Made by a program: the position numbers and the translations under genes. The notes under the pieces are model-generated. The model made no database searches. It saw nothing but the letters and a program-made list of their open reading frames with translations, and had not been told where the DNA came from. Of a stretch of 24,000 bases of DNA, positions 1-10,399 are shown in pieces. This DNA is from Jiangellales bacterium (GTDB lineage Bacteria; Actinomycetota; Actinomycetes; Jiangellales; Jiangellaceae), in NCBI GenBank assembly GCA_035761805.1, contig DASTQL010000064.1, forward strand, positions 1 through 24,000, given 5' to 3'. Position 1 is the first letter of the stretch, and each line of letters opens with the position of its first letter.

Positions 1-1
1 G

Positions 2-430
2 CTGGAACCCGAGGCGGCGCCGTGTGCCGTCTCCTCACTGGCGCACCTGGCCCAGGCCGGCTACTTCGACGGGACCGAGTGCCACCGGCTGACCACCTCG
101 GCGACGCTGGGCGTGCTGCAGTGCGGCGACCCGACGGGCACGGGCTCCGGAGGCCCCGGCTACCAGTTCGCCGACGAGAACCTCGACGGCGCCACGTACG
201 CCGCGGGAACCGTGGCCATGGCCAACGCCGGACCGGGGACCAACGGCAGCCAGTTCTTCCTCGTCCACGCGGACTCCGAGCTGCCGCCCAGCTACACCGT
301 CCTCGGCACCATCACGGAGGGCCTGGACGTGGTCACCGGGATCGCCGAGCGGGGGACCGGCGACGGCGGCGAGGACGGAGCTCCCTCGCAGCCCGTGACC
401 ATCGACGACCTCGTCGTCACCGGCGCGTGA
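2..430 (+). CDS. Peptidyl-prolyl cis-trans isomerase, cyclophilin type (5' end lies outside the window)
   Basis: Frame 2 is open from the window edge with no start codon required in the window. The translation ...GYFDGTECHRLTTSATLGVLQCGDPTGTGSGGPGYQFADENL...MANAGPGTNGSQFFL... carries the cyclophilin core motifs. Stop TGA at 428-430. High GC3. Confidence 0.85.
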   Translation: MEPEAAPCAVSSLAHLAQAGYFDGTECHRLTTSATLGVLQCGDPTGTGSGGPGYQFADENLDGATYAAGTVAMANAGPGTNGSQFFLVHADSELPPSYTVLGTITEGLDVVTGIAERGTGDGGEDGAPSQPVTIDDLVVTGA

Positions 431-452
431 GCGCGCCCGACCGGAGGACGCC

Positions 453-1721
453 GTGACCGACACGCCGCAGGGACCCGAGCCGGCGCCGACCGTGGCGGAG
501 AACGCCTGGGGGCGGGTCGACGCCGCTGGGACGGTCCATGTGCGCACTCCGGACGGCGAACAGGTGGTCGGGTCCTGGCAGGCCGACCAGCCGGAGGAGG
601 CCCTGGCCTTCTACGGCCGCAAGTACGACGACCTGGTGGTCCAGGTGGACCTCCTCGAGCAGCGGCTCCGGGCCGGCTCGGCAGCTCCCGACGACGCGGG
701 ACCGGTCCTCTCCCGGCTCCGGGCTGCCCTGGCGGAGCCGCAGGTGGTCGGCGACCTGCCGGGACTGGCCGCCCGGCTGGAGGCCGTCGAGGAGCAGGTG
801 CGGGAGCGGCGGGAAGAGCGCCGGGCCGCCCGCGCGCGGGCACTCGAGGAGGCGCGCGTCCGCAAGGAGGGCATCGCCACCGAGGCCGAGGCGATCGCCG
901 CGGGCGAGGACTGGAGGCACGGCGCCGACCGCCTCCGGGCGCTGCTGGAGGAGTGGAAGTCCCTCCCCCGGCTGGAGCGGTCGGTCGACGACGGTCTCTG
1001 GCGCCGGTTCTCCTCCGCCCGTACCCACTACACCCGCCGGCGCAAGGCCCACTTCGCCGAGCTGGGCGAGCGTCGAGAGCAGGCCAGGGTGGTGAAGGAG
1101 GGCCTCGTGGCCGAGGCCGAGGTGTTGGCCACGTCGACCGAGTGGGGGGCCACGACCCGGGCCTACCGCGACCTGATGGCGCGCTGGAAGGCCGCCGGTC
1201 CCGCGCCCAAGCCGGTCGACGACGCGCTGTGGCGCCGCTTCCGCGCGGCCCAGGACACCTTCTTCGGCGCCCGCAACGCGGCGGCCTCGGAGCGTGACGC
1301 GGGTGAACGGGCGGCGCTGGAGACGAAGCAGGCCCTGCTCGCGGAAGCCGAGGCGCTGCTGCCGGTCACGGACTGGAAGGCGGCCAGGGAGGCGCTGCGC
1401 TCCGTCCACGAGCGCTGGGAGGCCGCCGGCCGGGTTCCCCGTGACGCCGTACGGGAGCTGGAGGCCCGGCTGCGGCGGGTCGAGGAGCAGGTCCGGTCTG
1501 CGGAGGAGACGGAGTGGCAACGCACCAACCCCGAGGCCCGCGCACGAGCGGCCGAGACCGTGGAGCGGCTCCTCGCGTCCATCACCGACCTCGAGGCCAA
1601 GGCCGCCGCCGCTCGTGAGCGAGGTGACGAGCGGGGGGCGGCACGTCACGACGAGGCCGCGCGGGTACGCCACGAGTGGCTCGCGGAGGCCAGGCGGGCG
1701 CTCAGCGACTTCGGCGGGTGA
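453..1721 (+). CDS. DUF349 domain-containing protein (repeat-rich, Glu/Arg/Ala helical)
   Basis: GTG start at 453 preceded by GGAGGA (442-447). The 422-aa product has three roughly 75-aa internal repeats: EDWRHGADRLRALLEEWKSLPRLERSVDDGLWRRF, TEWGATTRAYRDLMARWKAAGPAPKPVDDALWRRF and TDWKAAREALRSVHERWEAAGRVPRD. This signature is typical of DUF349. Confidence 0.8.
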   Translation: MTDTPQGPEPAPTVAENAWGRVDAAGTVHVRTPDGEQVVGSWQADQPEEALAFYGRKYDDLVVQVDLLEQRLRAGSAAPDDAGPVLSRLRAALAEPQVVGDLPGLAARLEAVEEQVRERREERRAARARALEEARVRKEGIATEAEAIAAGEDWRHGADRLRALLEEWKSLPRLERSVDDGLWRRFSSARTHYTRRRKAHFAELGERREQARVVKEGLVAEAEVLATSTEWGATTRAYRDLMARWKAAGPAPKPVDDALWRRFRAAQDTFFGARNAAASERDAGERAALETKQALLAEAEALLPVTDWKAAREALRSVHERWEAAGRVPRDAVRELEARLRRVEEQVRSAEETEWQRTNPEARARAAETVERLLASITDLEAKAAAARERGDERGAARHDEAARVRHEWLAEARRALSDFGG

Positions 1722-1742
1722 CGCGGGGGTGTGCCGGGCGGG

Positions 1743-4148
1743 TCAGAGGGACGGCGGTCGGGCGCTCGTGATCCGGTAGGCGTCGAAGACACCCTCGACG
1801 CCCCGGACCGCCTTGAGCACGTGACCCAGGTGCTTGGGGTCGGCCATCTCGAAGGTGAACCGGCTCTTCGCGATGCGGTCGCTCCCGGTCGTCACCGTCG
1901 CCGACAGGATGTTCACGTGCTGGTCCGACAGCACCCGGGTGATGTCCGAGAGCAGCCGGGCACGGTCGAGCGCCTCGACCTGGATGGCGACGAGGAACAG
2001 GCTCGTCGCCGTCGGCGCCCACTCGACGTCGACCATGCGGCCGTCCAGCTGGCGCAGCGACTGCACGTTGACGCAGTCGCCGCGGTGCACCGACACGCCC
2101 GCTCCCCGGGTCACGAAGCCGACGATGTCGTCGCCGGGCACCGGCGTGCAGCACCGGGCGAGCTTGACCCAGACGTCGGACACGCCCCGGACCACCACGC
2201 CCGGGTCGCCGGAGGTACGGCGGCGGGGCCGGTCCGGGCGGACGGCCTCCGCGGCGTCCTCGGACGTGCCCTCCTCGCCGCCGAGGGTCTCGGTGAGCTT
2301 GCCGACGACGTTCTGGGCGGAGACGTGGCCTTCGCCGACCGCGGCGTAGAGCGCGGAGATGTCGGTGTAGCGCAGCTCGCCCGCCACCGCGGTGAGGGCC
2401 TCCTGGCTGAGCATGCGCTGCAGTGGCAGGTCCTGTTTGCGCATCGCCCGGGCGATCGCGTCCTTGCCCCGCTCGATGGCCTCCTCGCGCCGTGACTTCG
2501 AGAACCACTGCTTGATCTTGTTGCGGGCCCGGGCGGACTTGACGAAGCCCAGCCAGTCCCGGCTGGGCCCCGCCCCCTCGGCCCGGGACGTGAAGATCTC
2601 GACGAGGTCGCCGTTGTCGAGGGTGCTCTCCAGCGGGACCAGCCGTCCGTTGACGCGGGCCCCGATGCACCGGTGACCCACCTCCGTGTGCACGGCGTAG
2701 GCGAAGTCCACGGGCGTGGACCCGGCCGGCAGGGCGATGACGTCGCCCCGCGGCGTGAACACGTAGACCTCGTTGGTGGTGATCTCGAAGCGCAGCGACT
2801 CGAGGAACTCGCCGGGATCCTCGGTCTCCTTCTGCCAGTCCAGCAGCTGGCGCAGCCAGGCCATGTCGTTGGGCCCGGCGCCCTCGCTGGCCAGGAGACG
2901 GTCCGTGTCGCTCCCGGATCGCACGTCCTCCTTGTACTTCCAGTGCGCCGCGATGCCGTACTCGGCGCGGCGGTGCATGGCGTGGCTGCGGATCTGCAGC
3001 TCGACCGGCTTGCCCTCGGGCCCGATCACCGTGGTGTGCAGGGACTGGTACATGTTGAACTTCGGCATCGCGATGAAGTCCTTGAACCGGCCCGGCACGG
3101 GGTTCCAGCGGGCGTGCACGATGCCGAGGACGGCGTAGCAGTCGCGCACGCTCTCGACCAGGACGCGGATGCCGACCAGGTCGTAGATGTCGGCGAAGTC
3201 GCGGCCGCGGACGATCATCTTCTGGTAGATCGAGTAGTAGTGCTTGGGTCGGCCGGTGACGGTCGCCTTGATCTTGGCCTGGCGCAGGTCTGCCTGAACC
3301 TGGTCGATGACGGTGGCCAGGTACTCGTCGCGCGACGGCGCCCGCTCGGCCACGAGCCGGACGATCTCGTCGTAGACCTTGGGGTGCAGGGTGGCGAAGG
3401 ACAGGTCCTCCAGCTCCCACTTGATCGTGTTCATCCCGAGCCGGTGGGCCAGCGGGGCGTAGATCTCCAGCGTCTCGCGGGCCTTGCGCCGGGCGCTCTC
3501 CTTGGACACGTAGCGCCAGGTGCGGGCGTTGTGCAGCCGGTCGGCGAGCTTGATCACGAGCACCCGGATGTCCTTGGCCATCGCGACGACCATCTTGCGC
3601 ACGGTCTCGGCCTGCGCCGCCTGGCCGTACTTGACCTTGTCGAGCTTCGTCACGCCGTCCACCAGCATGGCGACCTCGTCCCCGAAGTCCGTCCGCAGCC
3701 GGTCGAGGGTGTAGTCGGTGTCCTCGACCGTGTCGTGCAGGAGCGCGGCGGCCAGCGTCGGCGGGGTCATGCCCAGCTCGGCGAGGATGCCGGCCACCGC
3801 CAGCGGATGGGTGATGTAGGGGTCGCCGCTTCGGCGCGACTGGCCGGCGTGGGCGCGCTCGGCGACGTCGTAGGCGCGCTCCACCAATCCCAGGTCGGCC
3901 TTGGGATGGGTGGCCCGGACGCTGCGGAACAGCGGGTCGAGGACCGGGTTGGCCTGGTGGCGTTGCGCGGTGAACCGCGCCAGGCGGGCCCGTACACGCA
4001 CCGGCGCCGTCGGCCGGCCGGGCTCGTCCCCGGCTGGCTCGGGCGGTGGTGCGGCCTGGACCCGCACCTCGTCGGTGTCCGTGACCGGCACGGCCGCGCT
4101 GGTCGAGGTGGTCTCGTCGGCCACTGGTCTCCTCGCGACGCCTGTCAC
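1743..4148 (-). CDS. relA: Bifunctional (p)ppGpp synthetase/hydrolase (RelA/SpoT homologue)
   Basis: 801-aa ORF. HD hydrolase motif LLHDTVEDT. Synthetase motifs [12 protein letters not shown] and [11 protein letters not shown] region [30 protein letters not shown]-terminal ACT-like region [19 protein letters not shown]. The GTG start at 4148 is the longest option. An internal GTG at 4124 preceded by GAGGAG is an alternative start. Confidence 0.95.
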   Translation of the reverse strand: MTGVARRPVADETTSTSAAVPVTDTDEVRVQAAPPPEPAGDEPGRPTAPVRVRARLARFTAQRHQANPVLDPLFRSVRATHPKADLGLVERAYDVAERAHAGQSRRSGDPYITHPLAVAGILAELGMTPPTLAAALLHDTVEDTDYTLDRLRTDFGDEVAMLVDGVTKLDKVKYGQAAQAETVRKMVVAMAKDIRVLVIKLADRLHNARTWRYVSKESARRKARETLEIYAPLAHRLGMNTIKWELEDLSFATLHPKVYDEIVRLVAERAPSRDEYLATVIDQVQADLRQAKIKATVTGRPKHYYSIYQKMIVRGRDFADIYDLVGIRVLVESVRDCYAVLGIVHARWNPVPGRFKDFIAMPKFNMYQSLHTTVIGPEGKPVELQIRSHAMHRRAEYGIAAHWKYKEDVRSGSDTDRLLASEGAGPNDMAWLRQLLDWQKETEDPGEFLESLRFEITTNEVYVFTPRGDVIALPAGSTPVDFAYAVHTEVGHRCIGARVNGRLVPLESTLDNGDLVEIFTSRAEGAGPSRDWLGFVKSARARNKIKQWFSKSRREEAIERGKDAIARAMRKQDLPLQRMLSQEALTAVAGELRYTDISALYAAVGEGHVSAQNVVGKLTETLGGEEGTSEDAAEAVRPDRPRRRTSGDPGVVVRGVSDVWVKLARCCTPVPGDDIVGFVTRGAGVSVHRGDCVNVQSLRQLDGRMVDVEWAPTATSLFLVAIQVEALDRARLLSDITRVLSDQHVNILSATVTTGSDRIAKSRFTFEMADPKHLGHVLKAVRGVEGVFDAYRITSARPPSL

Positions 4149-4166
4149 CCCAGTGTAGGGCGGGGC

Positions 4167-4733
4167 TCAGCCGCGGAGCAGCGACAGCACCTCCATCCCG
4201 CGGACGCGGCGGCGCCCGGCGAGGGCGTCGAGCTCGATGAGGAGCGCGGCGGCGACGACGGTGCCCCCGGCCCGGGACACCAGCTCCGCCGTGGCGGCGA
4301 GGGTGCCCCCGGTGGCCAGGACGTCGTCGACCACGAGGACCCTGGATCCCGGCGCGATCCCGTCGCGCTGCAGCTCGAGGCGAGCCTCCCCGTACTCGAG
4401 GGAGTAGCTCGCCGCGTGGGTCGCCCCGGGGAGCTTGCCGTGCTTGCGGACGGGGACGAAGCCCACGCCCAGCAGGTGCGCCACGGGGGCGCCGAGGATG
4501 AAGCCTCGGGCCTCGATGCCGGCGACCGCGTCCACCCTGGGCTGCCCGTCGCCGTCCCGGCCCGCTGCGGCCAGCGCCGCCACCGCGAGCGAGAACGTCC
4601 CCGGGTCGGCGAGCAGCGGCGTGATGTCCTTGAAGACGACCCCCGGCTCGGGCCACCCCGGCACGTCACGGACCCGGGCGGCCAGCCGGTCGAGCTGCCA
4701 GGCAGACAGCGGTACGGGCCGCACGTCGGTCAT
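4167..4733 (-). CDS. apt: Adenine phosphoribosyltransferase
   Basis: 188 aa. PRPP-binding motif RVLVVDDVLATGGT, plus FKDITPLL and IEARGFILG. The ATG start overlaps the secF stop (ATGA at 4730-4733). Confidence 0.93.
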   Translation of the reverse strand: MTDVRPVPLSAWQLDRLAARVRDVPGWPEPGVVFKDITPLLADPGTFSLAVAALAAAGRDGDGQPRVDAVAGIEARGFILGAPVAHLLGVGFVPVRKHGKLPGATHAASYSLEYGEARLELQRDGIAPGSRVLVVDDVLATGGTLAATAELVSRAGGTVVAAALLIELDALAGRRRVRGMEVLSLLRG

Positions 4734-5878
4734 CGGCGGCCGGGCGGCCGTCCGCCGCGCCGCTGCGCGCGGGTGCTGCGCTGCGGCTGGTGGCGCTCTC
4801 CCGTCTCACCCACCTCGCGCCGGCCGGTGGCCGGTGCGACCGGTGCCGTCTCCGCGGCGGACACCGCTGCCACGGCGACCGCGCCCCGGCGGGCCCGCAC
4901 CCGGCGGGTGAGCGCCTGGAGCGTCGGTTCCCTCTCCTTCAGGTCGGCCAGCAGCGGGGTCGCGATGAAGATCGAGGAGTACGTTCCCACGGCGACACCG
5001 ATGAAGAGGGCCAGGGCCAGGTCCTTCAGGGTGCCGGCGCCCAGCAGGCCGGCGCCCACGAAGAGGATCGCGCCGATCGGCAGGAGGGCGATCACCGACG
5101 TGTTGACCGACCGCACCAAGGTCTGGTTGACCGCGAGGTTGGCGGCCTCGGAGTAGGTGAATCGGTTCTGGGCCGTGATGCCCTTGGTGTTCTCGCGCAC
5201 CTTGTCGAACACCACCACCGTGTCGTAGAGCGAGTAGCCCAGGATGGTGATGAAGCCGATCACCGTGGCGGGCGTGATGGCGAAGCCGACCAGCGCGTAG
5301 ATCCCGACCGTGGCCACGATGTCGTGGAACAGCGCGGCGATCGCCGCGATCGCCATCTTCCACTCGAAGGCGACGGACAGGAAGAGGATCACGCCGCCCA
5401 GGAAGAGGAGGAGGCCGAGCGCGGCCGTGCGGGTGATCTCCTCACCCCAGGACGGGCCCACCACCTGCACGGCCACGTCGTCCGTCGGCACGCCGAGCTC
5501 CGTCGCCACGGCATCCCTGACCCGGGTGGACTCCTCCGTCGTGAGCTCCCCCGTCTGCACGCGGATTCGGTCCTCCCCGACGGCGGTCACGATCGGCTCG
5601 GCGGCCCCAGGCATGCCGGTGTCGATGACGGCGCCCCGGACCTCGGTCACCGTGGAGGCGTCGACCCCCGGTGCCGGCGCGGTGATCTCGGACCCGCCGG
5701 TGAACTCGATCCCGAGGGTGAGCCCGCGCAACAGGATCGCGAGCAGGGCGACCACGAGAAGCCCGGCGGAGATCGCGTACCACCGGCGGGAGTGCCCGAC
5801 GATGTCGAACGAGAGCTCCCCGGTGTAGAGCCGGTTGGCGATCGGGGCCCGCTTCGTCGTCTCCGTCGTGGTCATCAT
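4730..5878 (-). CDS. secF: Protein translocase subunit SecF
   Basis: 382 aa, multi-TM. Motifs LGIEFTGGSE and ILGYSLYDTVVVFDKVREN. ATGA overlap with the secD stop (5875-5878). Arg/Ala-rich C-terminal tail. Confidence 0.93.
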   Translation of the reverse strand: MMTTTETTKRAPIANRLYTGELSFDIVGHSRRWYAISAGLLVVALLAILLRGLTLGIEFTGGSEITAPAPGVDASTVTEVRGAVIDTGMPGAAEPIVTAVGEDRIRVQTGELTTEESTRVRDAVATELGVPTDDVAVQVVGPSWGEEITRTAALGLLLFLGGVILFLSVAFEWKMAIAAIAALFHDIVATVGIYALVGFAITPATVIGFITILGYSLYDTVVVFDKVRENTKGITAQNRFTYSEAANLAVNQTLVRSVNTSVIALLPIGAILFVGAGLLGAGTLKDLALALFIGVAVGTYSSIFIATPLLADLKEREPTLQALTRRVRARRGAVAVAAVSAAETAPVAPATGRREVGETGERHQPQRSTRAQRRGGRPPGRR

Positions 5879-7623
5879 CGCAAGGCCTCCTCGGTCGTCG
5901 TGCCGGCACGGTCTCGTGGCGCCGGCGCGGCCCGGCCGGATCGGCGGGGTGCCGCCGCGCGCTCCGCCGCCAGGCCGGAGAACCGGTGACCCTCACCGAA
6001 GAAGCGGCTGCGCGCGAGCAGGGTGAGCAGCGGCTTGGTGAAGAGGAAGACGACGAAGACGTCGATCAGCGTGGTGAGCCCGAGCGTGAAGGCGAAGCCC
6101 CGGACGTTGCCGACGGAGAACGTGTAGAGGAAGAAGGCCGCGAGCAGGGACACCGCGTCACTGGCAAGGATGGTGCGCCGGGCGCGGACCCACCCGGTCT
6201 CGACCGCCATCCGGATGCTGCGGCCGTCGCGCACGTCGTCGCGGACCCGTTCGAAGTAGACGACGAAGGAGTCCGCGGTGATGCCGATGGCCACGATCAG
6301 GCCGGCGATGCCGGCCAGGGTCAGGGTGAAGCCGATCCACTCCCCCAGCAGGACCACGAGGCCGTAGGCGAAGGCGCCTGCCACCGCAAGGCTGGCGATG
6401 ACCACCGTGCCCAGGGCCCGGTAGTACAGCAGGCCGTACAGGGACACGAGGAGCAGGCCGAGAGCGCCGGCGAGCAGCCCCGCCTCGAGCTGCTCGCTGC
6501 CGAGCGTGGGCGACACCGTCGTGACCTCGCTGGTCTCGAACGAGAGCGGCAGCGCTCCGTAGCTCAGGACCGTCGCGAGGCGCTGGGCCTCCTGCTGGGT
6601 GAACTGGCCCTCGATGACCGCCTGCCCGCCGGGGATCGGCTCGTTGACCGTCGGGTAGGACACCACTCGGCCGTCCAGCACGATGGCGAACGCGTTCTGG
6701 GGGAACTGCTGCCCGGCCAGTCGCTGGGTCGACTCGTAGAACTTGTCCGCCCCCTCGCTGGTGAAGTCGAGGCTGACGACGAAGCCGAGACCCGCCTGCG
6801 GGATCTCGGCGGTGGCCCGCCCGATGTCCGTGCCGACCACGTCCGCCGGAGCGAGCAGGAAGCGTGTGGTGCCGTCCTGGTCGCACGTGACCAGCGGGTC
6901 CTCGGGGGCGTCGGTGGCCGCCACCTCGACCTGCGAGCAGTCGAAGGCCTGGAGCTGCGCGAGTCCCTCGGGGGTCGGCTGCCCGTCGGCGACGAGCGCT
7001 CCCTCGGTGGCGGGTTGCTCCGTCGCGGGTTGCTCGGCCGGCGGCGCCTCGGCCGCCGGGGTCTCCACGGGAGCGGCCGTCTCCTGTGCGGTCAGCCCGC
7101 TCGTCACGGCGCGTTGGCCGACCGCCTCCGTCGGCGCGGCGGTCGGCTGGTCCGTGGGCGCCGTCGGCTCCCCGGTCCCCTCCGGCGCCGGTGTCGCCTC
7201 GGGAGTGGGTGACTCCTGGGGCGACGCGCCCGGCACCACGGCCAGGACCGGACGGAAGCGGAGCTCCGCCGTCTGGCCGACGATCTGGACCAACTCGTCC
7301 TCGCCGACCCCCGGGACGGCGACGATGACGTTGTTGCTGCCCTGCGTCGACACCTCGGCCTCGGCCACCCCGCTGCCGTTGACCCGGTCCCGGATGATCT
7401 CGACGGCCTGGTCGATGCTGTCCGGCGAGGGGTCCGATCCGTCGGGAGTGCTGGCGGTCAGCGTGATGCTGGTTCCCCCCCGCAGGTCGAGACCCAGCCG
7501 GGGCAACCACAGGTCCTGCACGGCCAGCAGGCCGTACACCAGCGCGAGCGCAGCGACGATGACGGCGAGCGAGCGCCAGGGTCGGGGCGCGTTGGTCGAG
7601 GCCACGTGGGTCGTTCTCCTCAT
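5875..7623 (-). CDS. secD: Protein translocase subunit SecD
   Basis: 582 aa. Motifs LGLDLRGGTSITL and GIAGLIVAIGITADSFVVYFERVRD, with six C-terminal TM segments. ATG at 7623. An in-frame GTG at 7605 sits 9 nt after AGGAGA and is an alternative start. Confidence 0.93.
   Translation of the reverse strand: MRRTTHVASTNAPRPWRSLAVIVAALALVYGLLAVQDLWLPRLGLDLRGGTSITLTASTPDGSDPSPDSIDQAVEIIRDRVNGSGVAEAEVSTQGSNNVIVAVPGVGEDELVQIVGQTAELRFRPVLAVVPGASPQESPTPEATPAPEGTGEPTAPTDQPTAAPTEAVGQRAVTSGLTAQETAAPVETPAAEAPPAEQPATEQPATEGALVADGQPTPEGLAQLQAFDCSQVEVAATDAPEDPLVTCDQDGTTRFLLAPADVVGTDIGRATAEIPQAGLGFVVSLDFTSEGADKFYESTQRLAGQQFPQNAFAIVLDGRVVSYPTVNEPIPGGQAVIEGQFTQQEAQRLATVLSYGALPLSFETSEVTTVSPTLGSEQLEAGLLAGALGLLLVSLYGLLYYRALGTVVIASLAVAGAFAYGLVVLLGEWIGFTLTLAGIAGLIVAIGITADSFVVYFERVRDDVRDGRSIRMAVETGWVRARRTILASDAVSLLAAFFLYTFSVGNVRGFAFTLGLTTLIDVFVVFLFTKPLLTLLARSRFFGEGHRFSGLAAERAAAPRRSGRAAPAPRDRAGTTTEEALR
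7003..7062 (-). repeat. Four tandem 15-bp units inside secD encoding a pentapeptide repeat (TPAAE-APPAE-QPATE-QPATE)
   Basis: Read directly. Plus-strand units are ctcggtggcgggttg, ctccgtcgcgggttg, ctcggccggcggcgc and ctcggccgccggggt. They lie inside a longer Pro/Thr/Ala/Glu-rich linker of the SecD periplasmic domain. Confidence 0.8.
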
Positions 7624-7697
7624 CTTGCCGCGGGCTGCGGGACGGTGGTCGCGTGGCGCGCGGTCGGCTCCGGTGGGTCAGTCGACGGGGGTCGCGG

Positions 7698-8048
7698 TCA
7701 CGGCCGGCCGCCGGGCGGCTCGTCCTCGCGGCGCGGCTGCGTCACGTCCTCCGCGACATCCGGCGAGGTCTCGTCGTCGGCCCCGACCTCGAGCGCCGCC
7801 GGGTCGTCGACCACCCGGACCACGGCCTGTCGCGCGTACCGGCTGAGCACACCCGGCGCCACCTCGAGCACCACGTGGTCGTCCTCCACCACCGCGACGG
7901 TGGCGTACAAGCCGGAGCCGGTCATCACCTGCTGGCCGGGGGCGAGGGAGCCCTGCACGCGGGACAGTTCACGCGCGCGGTTGCGCTGCGGCCGGATGAT
8001 GAACAGCCAGAACACGACGACGACGAGGACCAGGGGCAGCAGCTCCAT
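7698..8048 (-). CDS. yajC: Preprotein translocase subunit YajC
   Basis: 116 aa. N-terminal TM segment LLPLVLVVVVFWLFII followed by RPQRNRARE and GQQVMTGSGLYATV. Located upstream of secDF as in most bacteria. Confidence 0.88.
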   Translation of the reverse strand: MELLPLVLVVVVFWLFIIRPQRNRARELSRVQGSLAPGQQVMTGSGLYATVAVVEDDHVVLEVAPGVLSRYARQAVVRVVDDPAALEVGADDETSPDVAEDVTQPRREDEPPGGRP

Positions 8049-8126
8049 GAACGGTGACGGTTCCCTTCAGGCGACGCCGGACGGGCGCGCCACGGCGCAG
8101 CGCCGCCGGACGACGGACGCCCGGGC

Positions 8127-8132
8127 ATTCTA
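8127..8132 (-). promoter_or_regulatory. Candidate -10 hexamer (TAGAAT on the minus strand) for yajC-secDF
   Basis: This is the only AT-rich hexamer in the 105-bp ruvB-yajC spacer. It fits the actinobacterial TANNNT pattern and lies about 79 nt upstream of the yajC ATG. No convincing -35 element is seen. Confidence 0.3.
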
Positions 8133-8153
8133 GACCCGCCTTCGTCCCGACAC

Positions 8154-9233
8154 TCACCCGCCGGAGTCCGCCTCCGGCGGCTCCCGGTCGGCGGAGAAGA
8201 GGTCGGGCGCCGCTGGGAAGGCGCGGCCGGACGGCACGGAGAGGCCCAGGTGCTTCCACGCGGCCGGCATGGCGACCCGCCCCCGGGGCGTGCGCGCGAC
8301 CAGTCCCGCGCGGACCAGGAAGGGCTCGGCGACCTCCTCGACGGTCTCCCGCTCCTCTCCCACGGCCACCGCGACGGTGGAGAGCCCGACCGGTCCCCCG
8401 CCGAAGCGCCGGCACAGGGCGTCGAGCACGGCCCGGTCCAACCGGTCCAGACCCAGGTCGTCGACCTCGAACACCTCCAGGGCCGCCCGCGCCACCGGAC
8501 CGGTCACGACCCGGTCGGCGCGCACCTCGGCGAAGTCCCGGACCCGTCGCAGCAGTCGGTTGGCGATCCTCGGGGTGCCACGTGACCGGCCGGCGATCTC
8601 ACGGGCACCGTCGCTCCGCAGGTCGACGCCGAGCAGTCCCGACGACCGTGCGAGCACCTGCTCCAGCTCGTGCGGCTCGTAGAGGTCGAGGAGCCCGGTG
8701 AAGCCGAACCGGTCACGCAACGGCCCGGGCAGCAGCCCGGTCCGCGTCGTCGCCCCGACCAGGGTGAAGGGCGGCAGGTCGAGCGGGATCGCTGTCGCCC
8801 CGGGGCCCTTGCCCACCACGACGTCGACCCGGAAGTCCTCCATCGCGGTGTAGAGCATCTCCTCGGCTGGCCTGGCCATCCGGTGGACCTCGTCGAAGAA
8901 GAGCACGTCGCCTTCGGTCAATGCCGACAGGATCGCGGCGAGGTCTCCCGCGTGCTGGACGGCCGGGCCGCTGGTGAGGCGCAAGGGCGCGCCCATCTCC
9001 GCGGCCACGATCATCGCGAGCGTGGTCTTGCCCAGGCCTGGGGGTCCGGACAGCAGGACGTGGTCGGCCACACCGCCCCGGCCGCGGGCCGCCTCCAGGA
9101 CCAGCGACAGCTGCTCGCGGACCCGTTCCTGGCCGACGAACTCGGCCAGGGAGCGGGGTCGCAGCGCGGCCTCGACCGCGCGCTCGTCGAGGTCGGCGCC
9201 GGTCTCGACCAGCCGGGGCTCACCGGTGCTCAC
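8154..9233 (-). CDS. ruvB: Holliday junction branch migration ATPase RuvB
   Basis: 359 aa. Walker [12 protein letters not shown], Walker B region [10 protein letters not shown], and [14 protein letters not shown]. The GTG start overlaps the ruvA stop (GTGA at 9230-9233). Confidence 0.95.
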   Translation of the reverse strand: MSTGEPRLVETGADLDERAVEAALRPRSLAEFVGQERVREQLSLVLEAARGRGGVADHVLLSGPPGLGKTTLAMIVAAEMGAPLRLTSGPAVQHAGDLAAILSALTEGDVLFFDEVHRMARPAEEMLYTAMEDFRVDVVVGKGPGATAIPLDLPPFTLVGATTRTGLLPGPLRDRFGFTGLLDLYEPHELEQVLARSSGLLGVDLRSDGAREIAGRSRGTPRIANRLLRRVRDFAEVRADRVVTGPVARAALEVFEVDDLGLDRLDRAVLDALCRRFGGGPVGLSTVAVAVGEERETVEEVAEPFLVRAGLVARTPRGRVAMPAAWKHLGLSVPSGRAFPAAPDLFSADREPPEADSGG

Positions 9234-9853
9234 GTGCGGCTCAGGGTCCGGAGGGCGGCCTTGAGCAGGCCGGGGACGTCGGCAGCCGGTGTGCCGTCAG
9301 CGGAGGCCGCCAGCGGCGCCACTGCCTCGACCGCGTCGTCGGCCTCACGCCCGGACCAGCCCAGGCCCAGCAGCGCGGCGTGGACCTGGGCCCGCCACCC
9401 GTCGAGCGCGGCCGTCACCACCGGGGGCCCCGCCGACCGGCCGGACCCGATCGGTGGCCCGAGGCGGTCCCGCAGCTCCAGCACGATCCGCTGAGCGCCC
9501 TTGCGACCGATCCCGGGCACCCTGGTCAGCGCGCCCAGGTCCTCGGCGGCCACCGCGCGGCGGAGGTCGTCGGGCCCGTGCACGGCCAGCATCGCCTGGG
9601 CCAGGCGCGGCCCGATGCCGCTGGCCGTCTGCAGGAGCTCGAAGACGGCGCGCTCGTCGTCGTCGGCGAACCCGTAGAGGGTCAGGGAGTCCTCCCGGAC
9701 GACGAGACTGGTGGCCAGCTGGGCGTCGGCCCCGGCCCGCAGACCGGCGAGCGTGGCCGGGGTGCACTGCACCGCGAGGCCCACCCCACCGAGGTCGACG
9801 ACGGCCTGCTCCGGCCCGACGGTCGCCACCCGGCCCCTGACGAAGCTGATCAC
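9230..9853 (-). CDS. ruvA: Holliday junction DNA helicase subunit RuvA
   Basis: The track ORF 9230..10213 is over-extended. The conserved N-terminus [31 protein letters not shown] begins at the GTG at 9853, which overlaps the ruvC stop (GTGA). HhH motif [19 protein letters not shown]. 207 aa. Confidence 0.9.
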   Translation of the reverse strand: MISFVRGRVATVGPEQAVVDLGGVGLAVQCTPATLAGLRAGADAQLATSLVVREDSLTLYGFADDDERAVFELLQTASGIGPRLAQAMLAVHGPDDLRRAVAAEDLGALTRVPGIGRKGAQRIVLELRDRLGPPIGSGRSAGPPVVTAALDGWRAQVHAALLGLGWSGREADDAVEAVAPLAASADGTPAADVPGLLKAALRTLSRT

Positions 9854-10377
9854 GACCCCCGTCCTCCCCCGGCGGCAGCCGCTGCGACCGCGAGTCGCTG
9901 CTGGGCGCCGCCCCGCCACAGGTGGCAGATCGCCAGCCCGAGGGCGTCGGCCGCATCGGCGGGCCGGGGCGGGGTCGGCAGGCGCAGGATCCGGGTCACC
10001 ATCGCCGCCACCTGGCTCTTGCCGGCCCGCCCGTTGCCGGTGACCGCGGCCTTGACCTCGCTGGGGGTATGAAGGGCCAGCGGGAGGCCGCGCCGAGCGG
10101 CGACGAGGACCGCCACACCGCTGGCCTGGGCGGTGCCCATGACCGTACGGACGTTGAGCTGGCTGAAGACCCGCTCGACCGCCACGGCGTCGGGGCGGCA
10201 GCGGTCCACCCACGCCTCCAACTCGTGCTCGAGGACGACGAGCCGCTCGCCGAGCGCCGCCCCGGCGGGCGTGCGCACCACCCCGACGTCGACGAGCGCC
10301 GGCGGCCTGCCCGGCCCTCCGTCGACCACGCCCAGCCCGCAGCGGGTCAGGCCGGGGTCGATCCCGAGCACGCGCAC
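9850..10377 (-). CDS. ruvC: Crossover junction endodeoxyribonuclease RuvC
   Basis: The track ORF 9850..10584 is over-extended. The conserved N-terminus [18 protein letters not shown] begins at the GTG at 10377, preceded by GAGGGAG. C-terminal motif [13 protein letters not shown]. 175 aa. Confidence 0.9.
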   Translation of the reverse strand: MRVLGIDPGLTRCGLGVVDGGPGRPPALVDVGVVRTPAGAALGERLVVLEHELEAWVDRCRPDAVAVERVFSQLNVRTVMGTAQASGVAVLVAARRGLPLALHTPSEVKAAVTGNGRAGKSQVAAMVTRILRLPTPPRPADAADALGLAICHLWRGGAQQRLAVAAAAAGGGRGS

Positions 10378-10399
10378 CCGACCACTCCCTCGTCCGCCC

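Noticed and set aside
417-1673. 418-aa minus-strand ORF antisense to the DUF349 gene
   Set aside because: This is a shadow ORF. The plus-strand frame shows the repeated DUF349 signature and a good Shine-Dalgarno/GTG start.
1702-4656. 984-aa minus-strand ORF in an alternative frame over relA and apt
   Set aside because: It is extremely Arg/Gly/Pro-rich and out of frame with the motif-bearing relA and apt frames. It is an artefact of stop-codon scarcity at high GC.
2673-5156. 827-aa plus-strand ORF antisense to relA, apt and secF
   Set aside because: This is a typical high-GC shadow ORF. It spans three independently well-supported genes on the other strand, has Arg/Gly/Asp/His/Pro-rich low-information composition, and shows no recognisable motifs.
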